Source of the DNA: Candidatus Omnitrophota bacterium
GTDB taxonomy: Bacteria; Omnitrophota; Gorgyraeia; Duberdicusellales; Duberdicusellaceae
Length of the DNA: 64,000 bases
Assembly (NCBI GenBank): GCA_021159015.1
Contig: JAGGSQ010000042.1
Coordinates: 557-64,556, forward strand
Direction of reading: 5' to 3'
The translations under genes were made by a program, and so were the position numbers. How positions within the stretch are numbered: position 1 is the stretch's first letter; each line of letters starts with the position of its first letter. This document shows positions 9,699 to 20,059 of this stretch, one piece after another. The notes under the pieces were generated by a model that did no database searches, had not been told where the DNA came from, and worked only from the letters and a program-made list of their open reading frames with translations.

Positions 9699-10723
9699 AT
9701 CACCAGCCTCTCTTTCTGAGTCCTATCTAAACCATAAAGACAGGAGTAAAAAATAGATATTACATTTTTCGTTTCTAAGTACTTGAGCACCAAAAAGGCT
9801 ACTACTACTGCTATACTAAAGGGATAGCCTCCTAGAGCCGCCCTGGCTCTCTGCATAAGAATATAAAAAAGTAAATATTCTATTTCTCCCCCCGCCGAAG
9901 AAGCCAACAGAGAAGGCTCCCCGGACCTTATCTGTAATTTACTTAGAAAATATTCCAGAAGGTCTGAGCTATCTTTTAAAAATGCCTCTTGCATATCTTC
10001 TTTTTTAATCCGGCCCGTCTCGCTGATAAGATGATGCTGAAGAAATTCTTTGCTGCCACGGTAATATTTTCTCGTCCGCAAGATAAAAGAAACGTTGGCT
10101 ATATCTATTTCCAATCCCCAGATTTTCATAAGCGCCGCTCTTTCTGAAAGAGGCAAAGTTTTAATAAGGGAAACGGTGCGCTTCAAATAATCCTTTTCCA
10201 AAGCCCATTCTAAATAAAATAAATTATTAAACTGTTGAAAATCACTTTTAGCTTCCACCAGAGCCTTCATATAGGGAGTATCTTTCAGGAGGAGAATAAA
10301 GTCATTAATATTTGCTGCCCGCGGCAACTTCTCAGTATCAAAATGAAAACAAATATCTGAACTTACCCAGGATACCCCACCTGCTTTGTCTTTATTAAAC
10401 CAGACCCGCAATATGGCCTTTAGCTTATCTAAATCATATCTCTCCAGAAACATTTCCACTATTTTTTTCTCTCTCCCTTTTAAATGCTTAATTAATTCCT
10501 TGTGTAAAGTTATGTCTTTCTCCCAAATAATTCTTTCCCTTTCTTCTGGCTCCATTTCTGAGGCAAACATTTCTTCATAATACGTACCGGCCAATTGCAA
10601 AGCAAGCTCTGATATGTTCCCAGCTTTAAGAAGAGACTTTAACTGCTCACAGGAAAGAAGACGGCTTTCTTTAGCTTTGACCTTGGAAAAAATAAAACTA
10701 TAGCGGGCTGGTCCAGCCATCAA
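9692..10723 (-). CDS. ntpC: V/A-type ATP synthase subunit C/d
   Basis: KVKAKESRLLS, LKDTPY, EIDIANV; size and operon position fit. Confidence 0.88.
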   Translation of the reverse strand: MMAGPARYSFIFSKVKAKESRLLSCEQLKSLLKAGNISELALQLAGTYYEEMFASEMEPEERERIIWEKDITLHKELIKHLKGREKKIVEMFLERYDLDKLKAILRVWFNKDKAGGVSWVSSDICFHFDTEKLPRAANINDFILLLKDTPYMKALVEAKSDFQQFNNLFYLEWALEKDYLKRTVSLIKTLPLSERAALMKIWGLEIDIANVSFILRTRKYYRGSKEFLQHHLISETGRIKKEDMQEAFLKDSSDLLEYFLSKLQIRSGEPSLLASSAGGEIEYLLFYILMQRARAALGGYPFSIAVVVAFLVLKYLETKNVISIFYSCLYGLDRTQKERLVIC

Positions 10724-11031
10724 ACTCCTAATATTTTTTTAAACACTGCTTCAACAATCTGCTTTTTCTGTCCCCTAAAAACCTCTTTTACTCTATCTAT
10801 TTCATCTTTAACTCTTTTTTGGTAGGCGTTTTTCTTGTTCTCTAAGTCAGCTTCCATCCTGGTTATAGCTTCTTTTTCTTGCTGCAAGAGTAATTTTGCT
10901 TGCTCACTTTCCATCTCGGCTGCCCTCTTTTGAGCCTGGTGAATAGTTTCTTTTGCTTTTGCTTCCGCCGCAGCCTTGATTTGCCGCACTTCTTCCTCCT
11001 TCTCTAATATCTGTTTTATCTCTTTATCCAT
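10720..11031 (-). CDS. V/A-type ATP synthase peripheral-stalk subunit G/H
   Basis: 103-aa charged coiled coil at the head of the operon. Confidence 0.75.
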   Translation of the reverse strand: MDKEIKQILEKEEEVRQIKAAAEAKAKETIHQAQKRAAEMESEQAKLLLQQEKEAITRMEADLENKKNAYQKRVKDEIDRVKEVFRGQKKQIVEAVFKKILGV

Positions 11032-11045
11032 TCTCCCTGCCCCCT

Positions 11046-11294
11046 TTAATATATTTTTTCATACTTACCTTTATCTACCCGTTTTAATTTATGGAATCCC
11101 TTCTCTTTAGCCTTCTGATCAAAGCCACTCCGGGAAAACCCCACCGAAAACGGCGCATATACTTTTACTACTTCATTACCACAACGGGGACAATATTTCA
11201 ATACCGCCCTCTTCTTCTCAAATATTTCAAATCCTTGCCGACAATACTCACAACTTTTTTCTCTTTCCTTGGCCCGGTAACAATATATTGGCAT
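11046..11294 (-). CDS. FmdB-family zinc-ribbon protein
   Basis: MPIYCY...CEYC...CPRCG. Confidence 0.8.
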   Translation of the reverse strand: MPIYCYRAKEREKSCEYCRQGFEIFEKKRAVLKYCPRCGNEVVKVYAPFSVGFSRSGFDQKAKEKGFHKLKRVDKGKYEKIY

Positions 11295-11299
11295 AACAG

Positions 11300-11971
11300 T
11301 TAATAATCAGGGCGAGGACCAAAAATAGCTCTTCCTAAACGTACTAAATTTGCCCCTTCTTCCACCGCCACCTTGAAGCTAGAGCTCATACCCATAGAAA
11401 GATATTCCATTTTTACACCTTCTAAAGACAGCTTTCTAATTCTTTCAAATATCTGGCGCATATTTCTGAAATAAGGACGCATTTCCTCTTTCTCTAAATT
11501 AGGCCCCATAGTCATAAGGCCCTTTACCTGAATATTGCCTAAAAGCGAGAGTTTCTTCACAAAAGTCTCTGTTTCTTCAGGAAAAACGCCATTCTTCTGA
11601 GACTCCCTAGCGATATTTACTTCTACTAAGACATCTATTCTTTTTCTTGTTCTCTTAAGCCTTTCGTTAAGAGCTACTGCCAAATCCCAGCTGCTTAATG
11701 TCTCTATCATATCAAATAATAAAATTGCCTTATTGATTTTGTTTTTCTGCAGGCGCCCAATAAAGTGCCAGCGAGAGGCTTTCTTTTTTATCGCCTGCTT
11801 ATGAATTAAGGCCTCCTGCACATAATTCTCTCCTATTATATCTATGCCACTTTCTATAGCTGTTTCTATCTCCTGCACCAGGCGCCCTTTTACAGCAGCC
11901 TCTACTATAACCTCGGCAGGTAGACTACTGCGAATATCTTTTATCTTTTTCCTTATCTCTTCTGCCGTCAT
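11300..11971 (-). CDS. yggS: PLP homeostasis protein YggS/PROSC
   Basis: GENYVQE, WHFIGRLQKNK, GLMTMG, LSMGMS, GANLVRLGRAIFG. Confidence 0.95.
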   Translation of the reverse strand: MTAEEIRKKIKDIRSSLPAEVIVEAAVKGRLVQEIETAIESGIDIIGENYVQEALIHKQAIKKKASRWHFIGRLQKNKINKAILLFDMIETLSSWDLAVALNERLKRTRKRIDVLVEVNIARESQKNGVFPEETETFVKKLSLLGNIQVKGLMTMGPNLEKEEMRPYFRNMRQIFERIRKLSLEGVKMEYLSMGMSSSFKVAVEEGANLVRLGRAIFGPRPDY

Positions 11972-13842
11972 TTTCCTAAAATTTTCTTTAAGTGCTCTCT
12001 AACAATTTTATCATTCTCCAGACACTTTAAAAAACTCTTTTTTCTCTGCCACACCTTAAGCTCCTGCGGCAAACTATCGGCGCTTATCTGCCTAACATAC
12101 CCTCCTTGAAGTAAAGAGCCCAGGAATCTTTTGTGTTTAGAACTTTGAGAGGCGGCTGAAAACAAATCTATAACAAAGGTATCTCTAGAAGAAGCAGCTT
12201 CTGTAATCATAGATATAGAATCAGCCGAGACAATTAAGCCACTTGATAAAGCTCTTATGCCGGAAGCAGCGAAATCATAGTTCTTTTCATTGGCTATAAG
12301 AAGAAACAGCGTATGGCTGAAATGAGAAAACTCCTCTTTCAGTTTCTCTTCCAGCCACAGCGGCGTACGGCGGGAAGTAGTAATGAGCAGCCCTGCTCTT
12401 TCAGATAGGGAAAATGCCTTAAGGCTCTGGATAAACTTCTCACATTCCTTCTTACTTCTTTCAGAAGCGGACTTTTTTAAGGGAGCACCTATAAATATTC
12501 CTATTTTCAAAGAGAAATCCTTCTGCTGCCAGAGATAATTGCGTAATCTATCCCCTGCTTTTTCCTCTTTTTCTGAAGAGATAAAATGCAGGGCTCCTTT
12601 TATCCGCAACACATTTTTCCTCTGAGAAAACTCATCATGCTCAGGAATAATTATTAAATCGTATCTCTTCCTTGCACTATTAGGCCGTAATATCTGAAAG
12701 GTCTTAGCGCCCATAAATAAAGCAACCAAGCGCGCCAGGCTCGCTGTGGTAGAACCACAGCTAATAAAGATATCTCCGTAATGAAAAACTGCATTAAAAC
12801 TTTTGCCCAATATTATTTTCAATGCCCAAAAACCTAAATTAGAAGGAGAACGCAACAGGAGATTAACAATATCCAACACCACTTTCTGCCCTCGCCTGAG
12901 TCTTAACTCAATTAGTCTCACTTTTGCAGGCCTAACTTGGGAAATAATCTCTGCTAAAGACAAAGCTTGGTGTCTGTGTCCGGCTTTTGTGTCACTAAAT
13001 ACTACCAGCTGGACGTCTTTGGCTCTTTTAAAGCGCTTATAAGCCCACAAGAATCCGATAGGGTTATCACGAATAAATTCTTCGAAACAACGGTTGAGGT
13101 AATTTGCTACAGGAGAAAAATCTTCTTCTTTTTCCAAAGCTACTGGCCTAAATAATTTTATTAAATGTTTAGTGCCCTTGCGTTTTACTACCACCGGAAT
13201 AATTTTTCTCTTAAAACGCCAGGCCAGACGCAGAGGACCTATAGGCACAGGCACCTGACGAGAGAAAAAAGCGGCGTAAATTTTAGCCCTGCGTGCCCCA
13301 TGATCAAACACTAAGCCCAGATTAATGTTCTGACGCATAATCCGGCTTAAGCCTTTTAAGTCGTCCTCATAAATAATCTTAAGGTTGTATCGCCGACGAA
13401 TGAGATTGACGAATTTATCTAAGGCCTTGTTTTTCTGGCGACGTACAATAATGGCGTAAGGAATATTGAGAGCGAAATAACTATTCACTAGCTCCCAACC
13501 TCCCATGTGCACCCCTACAAGAATACGGCGTCCTTCTTTAAGCTCTTGCCATGCTTCCTTCCCTTCCTCTATTTCCACTTTTTCTTTGAGGCTCTCTCCA
13601 TCCGTATATCGCAAGCGTAAAAACTCCCAGAAACCCAAGGCACTCTCAAAAAGATTCTCGTAAGCTATTCTTTCAATCTTTTTCATAGCTAAATCAGGAA
13701 AAGCCAGACGCAGATTAGCTATTATTAAGAATTTGCGGCGGCAAAATATATAATAAAGAAAGCTCACACCGCGCAAGACAAAATAGCTTACTGACCAGGG
13801 CAAAATATAAACTATTCTAGAAATAAGATCTAAAGAGTTCAT
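11968..13842 (-). CDS. Fusion of an LpxL/HtrB-like lipid A acyltransferase and an ELM1/GtrOC1-like putative glycosyltransferase
   Basis: N-half: NLRLAFP, HMGGWE, VFDHG, FLWAYKRFK. C-half: SDTKAGHRHQA, DLIIIPEHD, TTSRRTP, VSADSISMITEA. Confidence 0.82.
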   Translation of the reverse strand: MNSLDLISRIVYILPWSVSYFVLRGVSFLYYIFCRRKFLIIANLRLAFPDLAMKKIERIAYENLFESALGFWEFLRLRYTDGESLKEKVEIEEGKEAWQELKEGRRILVGVHMGGWELVNSYFALNIPYAIIVRRQKNKALDKFVNLIRRRYNLKIIYEDDLKGLSRIMRQNINLGLVFDHGARRAKIYAAFFSRQVPVPIGPLRLAWRFKRKIIPVVVKRKGTKHLIKLFRPVALEKEEDFSPVANYLNRCFEEFIRDNPIGFLWAYKRFKRAKDVQLVVFSDTKAGHRHQALSLAEIISQVRPAKVRLIELRLRRGQKVVLDIVNLLLRSPSNLGFWALKIILGKSFNAVFHYGDIFISCGSTTASLARLVALFMGAKTFQILRPNSARKRYDLIIIPEHDEFSQRKNVLRIKGALHFISSEKEEKAGDRLRNYLWQQKDFSLKIGIFIGAPLKKSASERSKKECEKFIQSLKAFSLSERAGLLITTSRRTPLWLEEKLKEEFSHFSHTLFLLIANEKNYDFAASGIRALSSGLIVSADSISMITEAASSRDTFVIDLFSAASQSSKHKRFLGSLLQGGYVRQISADSLPQELKVWQRKKSFLKCLENDKIVREHLKKILGK

Positions 13843-14812
13843 TCTCTATACGTGAAAAGAAATCTTTTTCTGCCTCAATAACTAACTCTACTTCTGCCAC
13901 TACAATATTCAAACCCGAAGGATAAACGCGGGCTTTATCTTTGGCCGTTATTACTAAATTGCCTATTCCCTTTTCTTTGCAAATCCTCTCAATTCTTTTC
14001 CATTCTTTCTGGCTCAACAAGGTATGGTCAGGATAGATAAAGCTTTCCTTTATCTGAATTCTCGCCCTCTCCAGAAGAGCAATAAAGCCTTGAGGCCAGC
14101 CAATCGCCGTTAATACTGCTGCCTCTTCTAAAGATTTAGGAGAACCATCCTTAATATCTACGAATTTTTTTAACTGATAGGAAGCAAAGTATAGGCAAGC
14201 GCGGGGATTTATGCCTTTAATAAAGTTAATAATAACGCCTCTTGTCTCACTATCTGCCTCTCTCACCACAATGATATTTGCTCTCTTTATTGAAGCCAAT
14301 GGCTCCCGTAAAGGACCTGCCGGCAAACAGGCTGCTGCTAAATCCTGGCGCGCATTCAATAAAACTATGTCCAGGTTACGATAAAGACGGCGATACTGAA
14401 AACCATCGTCCAAAATTACCATCTTACTCTTTCTTGCGGCTTTCCTCGCTAAAGCCAGCCGATCCTTGCCGCTAAATATTCTCACCTTTTGAGGCAGGCT
14501 TTCTTTCAAAAGAGACTCCTCATCATACCCATAGCCGCGTCGCAATATAGCGATACTCAGACTGCGGTTGAAGTAACGAGCTAATTTTATTACCAGGGAA
14601 GTTTTCCCACTACCGCCCCAGCTGATATTACCAACAGAAACAACAAAAGCCTTGCACCTTTGAGGTTTAATCCACCTCTGCTGATAGAGAAAATTTCTCA
14701 TAAATACCGCCATACAATACAAAAAAGATAAAGCTTTCAAAAAACCATAGAGGATAAAATATTTCTTTTTCTTTCGGATAACTTCCAGATATATTTTTTT
14801 TATTCTATCCAT
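13817..14812 (-). CDS. lpxK: Tetraacyldisaccharide 4'-kinase
   Basis: SVGNISWGGSGKT, RGYG, ILDDGFQ, LPAGPLREP, YPDH. Confidence 0.95.
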   Translation of the reverse strand: MDRIKKIYLEVIRKKKKYFILYGFLKALSFLYCMAVFMRNFLYQQRWIKPQRCKAFVVSVGNISWGGSGKTSLVIKLARYFNRSLSIAILRRGYGYDEESLLKESLPQKVRIFSGKDRLALARKAARKSKMVILDDGFQYRRLYRNLDIVLLNARQDLAAACLPAGPLREPLASIKRANIIVVREADSETRGVIINFIKGINPRACLYFASYQLKKFVDIKDGSPKSLEEAAVLTAIGWPQGFIALLERARIQIKESFIYPDHTLLSQKEWKRIERICKEKGIGNLVITAKDKARVYPSGLNIVVAEVELVIEAEKDFFSRIENELFRSYF

Positions 14813-16059
14813 TCTTTAAGTTGCTCCAGTGAATCTCGCATTTTTTTTGCTTCCCCTTCCACTATCCTTTTAGCCTTCTGCCCCCGTCTAAGCCGCAGAG
14901 AGGAATCTTTTATTAACTCATCTAAAACTTTCCTTAATTCCTGTGCAGAACTAACCTGCCAAGCAGCTTTATTTCTAATAAAAAGGCCCGCCTCATCTCG
15001 AAAGTTATCCATATGAGGACCAAAAACTATAGGACGGCCGAAGAAAGCTGGCTCAATAATATTGTGTCCTCCTATAGGAACAAAACTCCCTCCCATCAAT
15101 ACTATATCTGCCTGCGGATAAAAATAAAGCAGCTCACCCATCTTATCAAGCACAACTATGTCTGCAGCGGAAGAATAGTTTTGACTCAGTCGGACCGCTT
15201 GCCAACCTAATTTCTCCCCTGCCGACAGAATCTCTCCTGTCCTCTCTATATGTCGGGGGCAAATCATGATTCTCAGAGAGGGAAAAACTGTTTTTAACTG
15301 GCTAAAAATCTTTATAATCATTGTCTCTTCCGGAGAATGCGTACTTGCCGCCAACAGAAGTAAACTCTGGTTATCTTTTCGGATAGAGTCGCATATATTT
15401 CTCACTTGTGTTAACTTATTAGGGTTAAGGCTTGGTTTAATAAACTTTATATTTCCCATAACAGATATTTTGTTCTTTTTAACTCCCAGAGCTACAAAGC
15501 GGCGTTGGCTAATTTCGTCTTTGGCAAACACAAAATCAATCATAGCAAAATAATCTCTCAGGAATACCTTTACTTTCTGATAATTGATAAAACTTCTCTC
15601 CGAGATGCGACCGTTAATAATTATAATGGGAGTATTATTTCTCTGGAGGAAATAAAAGAGATTGGGCCAAATCTCCGTTTCTACGGCTATAAAAATACGA
15701 GGGTTTAATGCCTTTACTAATCTCCGAGAAAAAAAGCTTAAATCCAGAGGCAAAAGCATTACTTTAGCTAAAGAAGAGAAATTGGCTTGGGCTACTTTTA
15801 AACCAGAAGAGGTAATAGTAGTTATGATTAAAGGCAGAGAAGGAAAACTCTCTCGCAAAAATTCAACTATCCCTCGCAAGGCAATAACTTCTCCTACACT
15901 TACAGCATGAAGCCATATAGGAGAAGAGATTTGTTTCTCAATTGAAAAAGAAAGTAGACGACGGCAAAATCCTGCCGCCCGGCGTTTAATAATGTAACGC
16001 CATATTAAGAAAGGAGTAAAGACTAATATAAGTATATCGTAAACTATTCCTTTCCACAT
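14800..16059 (-). CDS. waaA: 3-deoxy-D-manno-octulosonic acid (Kdo) transferase
   Basis: IWLHAVSVGE, ETEIWPN, AASTH, PRHIER, GGHNIIEPA. Confidence 0.96.
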   Translation of the reverse strand: MWKGIVYDILILVFTPFLIWRYIIKRRAAGFCRRLLSFSIEKQISSPIWLHAVSVGEVIALRGIVEFLRESFPSLPLIITTITSSGLKVAQANFSSLAKVMLLPLDLSFFSRRLVKALNPRIFIAVETEIWPNLFYFLQRNNTPIIIINGRISERSFINYQKVKVFLRDYFAMIDFVFAKDEISQRRFVALGVKKNKISVMGNIKFIKPSLNPNKLTQVRNICDSIRKDNQSLLLLAASTHSPEETMIIKIFSQLKTVFPSLRIMICPRHIERTGEILSAGEKLGWQAVRLSQNYSSAADIVVLDKMGELLYFYPQADIVLMGGSFVPIGGHNIIEPAFFGRPIVFGPHMDNFRDEAGLFIRNKAAWQVSSAQELRKVLDELIKDSSLRLRRGQKAKRIVEGEAKKMRDSLEQLKEWIE

Positions 16060-16060
16060 A

Positions 16061-16927
16061 TCAAGCGCGCGGATGTGCTCTATCGTAAATTTTTCTTAAG
16101 CGTTGGGTAGTCAAATGAGTGTAAATTTGTGTAGTAGCTATATCAGAATGCCCTAAAAGTTCCTGCACGCTGCGCAGGTCAGCGCCGCGATTAAGCAAGT
16201 GGGTGGCGAAAGAATGGCGGAAGGTATGCGGTGATATTTTCTTAGTTATACCGATCAACTTTGCCCGCCTGCTTATAATTTTTCTCACTCCCACTGCCGA
16301 GAGACGCTTTTTGAAACGATTCACAAAAAGAGCCGGAGAGTGGTCACCACGGCAGGAAAGGTATTTCTCTAACGCTTTCTCTGCTGGTTCTCCCAGCGGT
16401 AAAATCCTTTCTTTTTTTCCTTTACCTCTTACTTTTATAACCCCTCCTATCAAATCTATATCGTTACGGTTAAGAGTAAGCATTTCTGATATACGCATGC
16501 CGCAGGAATAAAGAATCTCCATAATAGCCTTATCGCGCCGGTCTATTTCTTTCTCCTCCGGTAAAGAATCTATAAATTGAGCAACTTCTTTTTCTGTCAA
16601 AAAACTAGGAAGCTTTTTTTCTATACGAGGATAAGGTATGCTGGAAGCAGGATTGCTTTTAATAAAACCTTCTTTCACTAAGAATCTAAAGAAACTTTTG
16701 AGAGTAGATATTTTACGAGCAATAGTACGCTTACTTAAATGTCTTGCTGCCAGGTTAGCCAAAAAGCGCCTAAAAGTAAAATAATCTATTTTCCCCACAT
16801 CAGTACGGACAAACTGAGAAAATTCTTCTAAATCTTTACGATAGTTAAGAAGAGTATAATAAGAATAGTTTTTTTCTAATTCTAGAAAAGAGAGAAATCT
16901 TTTTATATACCGTTCAAAATCAAGCAT
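16061..16927 (-). CDS. xerC: Tyrosine recombinase XerC
   Basis: GMRISE, GKGKKER, HTFRHSFATHLL, LLGH...TTQIYTH, HPRA end. Start moved to MLDFERY, overlapping the topA stop; dprA-topA-xerC synteny. Confidence 0.88.
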   Translation of the reverse strand: MLDFERYIKRFLSFLELEKNYSYYTLLNYRKDLEEFSQFVRTDVGKIDYFTFRRFLANLAARHLSKRTIARKISTLKSFFRFLVKEGFIKSNPASSIPYPRIEKKLPSFLTEKEVAQFIDSLPEEKEIDRRDKAIMEILYSCGMRISEMLTLNRNDIDLIGGVIKVRGKGKKERILPLGEPAEKALEKYLSCRGDHSPALFVNRFKKRLSAVGVRKIISRRAKLIGITKKISPHTFRHSFATHLLNRGADLRSVQELLGHSDIATTQIYTHLTTQRLRKIYDRAHPRA

Positions 16928-18902
16928 TCTCGGACTCAGGCAATTTAGTAGTGGTATAACGACATTTAGGAAAATTAGAACAGCCATAAAAAACCTGTCC
17001 TCGCCGATTGCGCCGCTCTACTAATTCCCCTCCACATCCTTCTTGAGGACATCTAACTCCTGTAGTCAAGGGACGAGCATACTTACAGTGAGGATATCCG
17101 GAGCAACTGACAAATCTTCCCTTTCTTGACCAACGTATCACTAAAGGGCGCCCGCACTGAGGACATTTCTCTCCCGTGGAAATAAATTCTTTCTTAACTT
17201 CCCGGCCCGCTTTTTCAATCTCTTCTTTAAAGCCGGGGTAAAATTCCTCTATAACCTTTCTCCAATCTACATCTCCCGCCTCAACTCTATCTAATTCTTC
17301 CTCTAAATGAGCTGTGAAATTTTCGTCTAAAACGTCGGGGAAGAACTTTTCCAATAATTTGACCACAATTTTCCCCAGTTCCGTAGGAACAAAACTTCCT
17401 TTTTCTCTAATTATATAATTGCGCTTTACTAAGGTAGCAATGGTAGAAGCATAAGTAGAAGGACGGCCGATACCTTTCTCCTCTAAGAGTTTCACCAGAG
17501 AAGCATCATTAAAACGAGCCGGGGGTTTAGTTGTATGTTCTTCTATATCTATACGTTTAGCCGCAATTGTCTCTGACTCCCGTAAAGAGGGCAATAAAAC
17601 TTCTTTTATCTCTATAGGCCAAACCCGCTGAAAGCCGCTGAATATTGCCTTAGACCCTCTGGCTACTATCTCATAATCGCCCCCATGCAGTTTTGCCTGT
17701 TGAGTTTCTATTTCCAGCTCCCTCATAAAGGAAGCTATGAAACGCCTCCAGATAATTTCATAAATACCGGCTGTTTCTTTGTCCAGAAACTTTCTCGTCT
17801 CCTCCGGGTATATATCTAAATGAGTAGGACGGATACATTCGTGAGCTGCTTGCACTTGCCCTTTAGTTTTAAATTTATATTCGCCAGCCGCCAAGAATTT
17901 TTCTCCCCATTCATTTCTAATAAATTCTTTAACCTTTCTCCTGGCACTCTCTGAAACAAAGAAAGAGTCAGTCCGCATATAAGTAATAAGCCCCAGAGCT
18001 TCTCCCTGAGGCATATCTATACCTTCATAAAGACGCTGAGCGATAAACATAGTACGGCTGGCAGGAAGGCGAAAACGAGAGAATGCTTCCTGTTGAAGGG
18101 TTGAGGTGATAAAGGGAGGCTGAGGACGGCGCCTGACTATTTTCTTAACAAAAGAATTTACCACAAATTTTTTACCTTCCAATACTTCCTTAACCGCCAC
18201 TGCTTTTTCCTTATCGCGAAACTCTACATTTTTACCTTTATATTTAACAATCCTTCCCTTAAACTCAATGCCATCCTTTACAAACACCACATTGAGATAA
18301 TAATACTTTTGTGGTCGAAAAGCTTTGATAGCCTCTTCGCGTTGAACAATAAACTTAAGAGCCACGGATTGAACTCTGCCGGCTGATAGTCCCCGCGAGA
18401 CTTTCTTCCATAAAAAAGGAGAGAGTAAATATCCTACCAGCCGGTCCAGGACCCTTCTTGCCTGTTGAGCAGAAACTTTATGATAATTTATATCTTGCGG
18501 GTTATTGAAAGCTTCTCTAATTGCTTCTTTAGTTATTTCATGAAAGATTACGCGTAGAAATTTCTTGTCTTTTATATCTTTTTTCTTCTCCAGAGAATTC
18601 TTTATATGCCAACTAATAGCTTCACCTTCTCGGTCTGGATCAGTAGCAAGATAGATAGCGCCGGCTGACTTTGCTTGGCGCGAAATTTCCCTAAGGGTTT
18701 TAACCTTTCCCTTCATAACTCTATATTCTGGCTCAAACCCATTATCTATATCTATACCTAATTTTTTCTGCGGTAAATCTACTATATGCCCCATAGAAGA
18801 GATGACGAAAAAACCTTTACCCAATATTTTATTTATAGTCCGGGCTTTGGTAGGAGATTCTACAACTACCAGGTTTTTCTTACTTTCTTTTCTATCTTTC
18901 AT
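16920..18902 (-). CDS. topA: DNA topoisomerase I
   Basis: VVESPTKA, ATDPDREGE, SAGRVQS, ITYMRTDS, GIGRPSTYA, two C-terminal zinc ribbons. Confidence 0.97.
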   Translation of the reverse strand: MKDRKESKKNLVVVESPTKARTINKILGKGFFVISSMGHIVDLPQKKLGIDIDNGFEPEYRVMKGKVKTLREISRQAKSAGAIYLATDPDREGEAISWHIKNSLEKKKDIKDKKFLRVIFHEITKEAIREAFNNPQDINYHKVSAQQARRVLDRLVGYLLSPFLWKKVSRGLSAGRVQSVALKFIVQREEAIKAFRPQKYYYLNVVFVKDGIEFKGRIVKYKGKNVEFRDKEKAVAVKEVLEGKKFVVNSFVKKIVRRRPQPPFITSTLQQEAFSRFRLPASRTMFIAQRLYEGIDMPQGEALGLITYMRTDSFFVSESARRKVKEFIRNEWGEKFLAAGEYKFKTKGQVQAAHECIRPTHLDIYPEETRKFLDKETAGIYEIIWRRFIASFMRELEIETQQAKLHGGDYEIVARGSKAIFSGFQRVWPIEIKEVLLPSLRESETIAAKRIDIEEHTTKPPARFNDASLVKLLEEKGIGRPSTYASTIATLVKRNYIIREKGSFVPTELGKIVVKLLEKFFPDVLDENFTAHLEEELDRVEAGDVDWRKVIEEFYPGFKEEIEKAGREVKKEFISTGEKCPQCGRPLVIRWSRKGRFVSCSGYPHCKYARPLTTGVRCPQEGCGGELVERRNRRGQVFYGCSNFPKCRYTTTKLPESENA

Positions 18903-18905
18903 CCC

Positions 18906-19988
18906 TCAAACACAACGCACAAATACCTTTCCTGTTTGTTCTTTAATTAAGCCCTTAAATTGTAAATCCATAAGAATCTTGCTCAATTCCATTATATCAA
19001 ATCCAGACTTAAGACAAAGAGTATCTATATCCGTACCCTCAGGTGTAATAAGACTATAAAGCCTTTCTTCTGCGGAAGAGAGACTAAGATTATTACTCTT
19101 TGGGGCTCGCGAAGAAGGTAGCACCCATTTAAATTCCGACAAAATATCATCTATGTTTTCAACCAGCTTTGCTCCTTCTTTTATTAAACTATTAGTCCCA
19201 TTACTCGTAGGAGAATTAACCGGCCCTGGTACGCAAAATACCTCTCTTCCTTCTTCAAGAGCAAAGTTAGCCGTAATTAAGGCACCGGAATGTTTTGCTG
19301 CCTCTACTACTAATACGCCTCGGCTTAGACCACTAATAATACGATTGCGGCGAGGAAAATTATATCGCTGGGGAGAAGCAAAAAGAGGAAATTCTGAAAC
19401 AAGCAGCCCCCCTTTTTTTATTTTTTCTGCCAGAGGAATATTACTAGGGGGATAAATATTAAGAAGACCACTGCCTAAAACCGCTATTGTTTCTCCTTCT
19501 TCCAGTGCCCCTTGTGCTGCAGCCGTATCTATACCATAAGCAAGCCCTGAAACAACTACTACGCCTCGTCTTGCTAATTGACAGGAAAAACTTCTGGCAA
19601 CATTTAATCCATAAAAAGAGGCTCGCCTGGAACCTACTACCGCCACGCATTCTCTCTTTAGCAGATCTTTTTCTCCCTGGGCATAAAGCAAAAGAGGCGG
19701 GTTACTTATCTGACGCAATAAAAAGGGATAACTTTCATCAAAAAAAGTAACAATATTTATCCCTTCCTTCTCTACTAATTCAACTTCTCTTCTGAATTCT
19801 TCACTCTCTCTCAAATCCGCGATGTGCACCAGTTTTTTCTCTTCCGCCGGCAACAAAGAACAAAGCCGAGAACGGCTCAACTTAAAAAGAGCATTTTCTG
19901 AACCGGCCTGAGACAGAATCTGTTTGGCAGTGCCGACATCAACCGCGGCAAAATTTAATAGCAGATAGGCTTTTGTGTCTATATTCAT
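18906..19988 (-). CDS. dprA: DNA processing protein DprA/Smf
   Basis: AVVGSR, VSGLAYGID, FPRRNRIISGLS, SGALITA, GREVF, C-terminal winged helix. Confidence 0.96.
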   Translation of the reverse strand: MNIDTKAYLLLNFAAVDVGTAKQILSQAGSENALFKLSRSRLCSLLPAEEKKLVHIADLRESEEFRREVELVEKEGINIVTFFDESYPFLLRQISNPPLLLYAQGEKDLLKRECVAVVGSRRASFYGLNVARSFSCQLARRGVVVVSGLAYGIDTAAAQGALEEGETIAVLGSGLLNIYPPSNIPLAEKIKKGGLLVSEFPLFASPQRYNFPRRNRIISGLSRGVLVVEAAKHSGALITANFALEEGREVFCVPGPVNSPTSNGTNSLIKEGAKLVENIDDILSEFKWVLPSSRAPKSNNLSLSSAEERLYSLITPEGTDIDTLCLKSGFDIMELSKILMDLQFKGLIKEQTGKVFVRCV

Positions 19989-20008
19989 ATTCGCCGATTT
20001 ATGCGCCT

Positions 20009-20037
20009 ATTTTATCAGTAAGCTTTTGCCAGTTAAA
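20009..20037 (-). promoter_or_regulatory. Putative sigma70 promoter for dprA-topA-xerC
   Basis: TTTAAC-17 nt-TAAAAT with an extended -10 TG. Confidence 0.45.
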
Positions 20038-20059
20038 GTAATTTTTCTAGAAAGGAGGG

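Noticed and set aside
16061-16927. Tyrosine recombinase as the integrase of the accessory block
   Set aside because: It is a typical chromosomal XerC in dprA-topA-xerC synteny, about 11 kb from the block.
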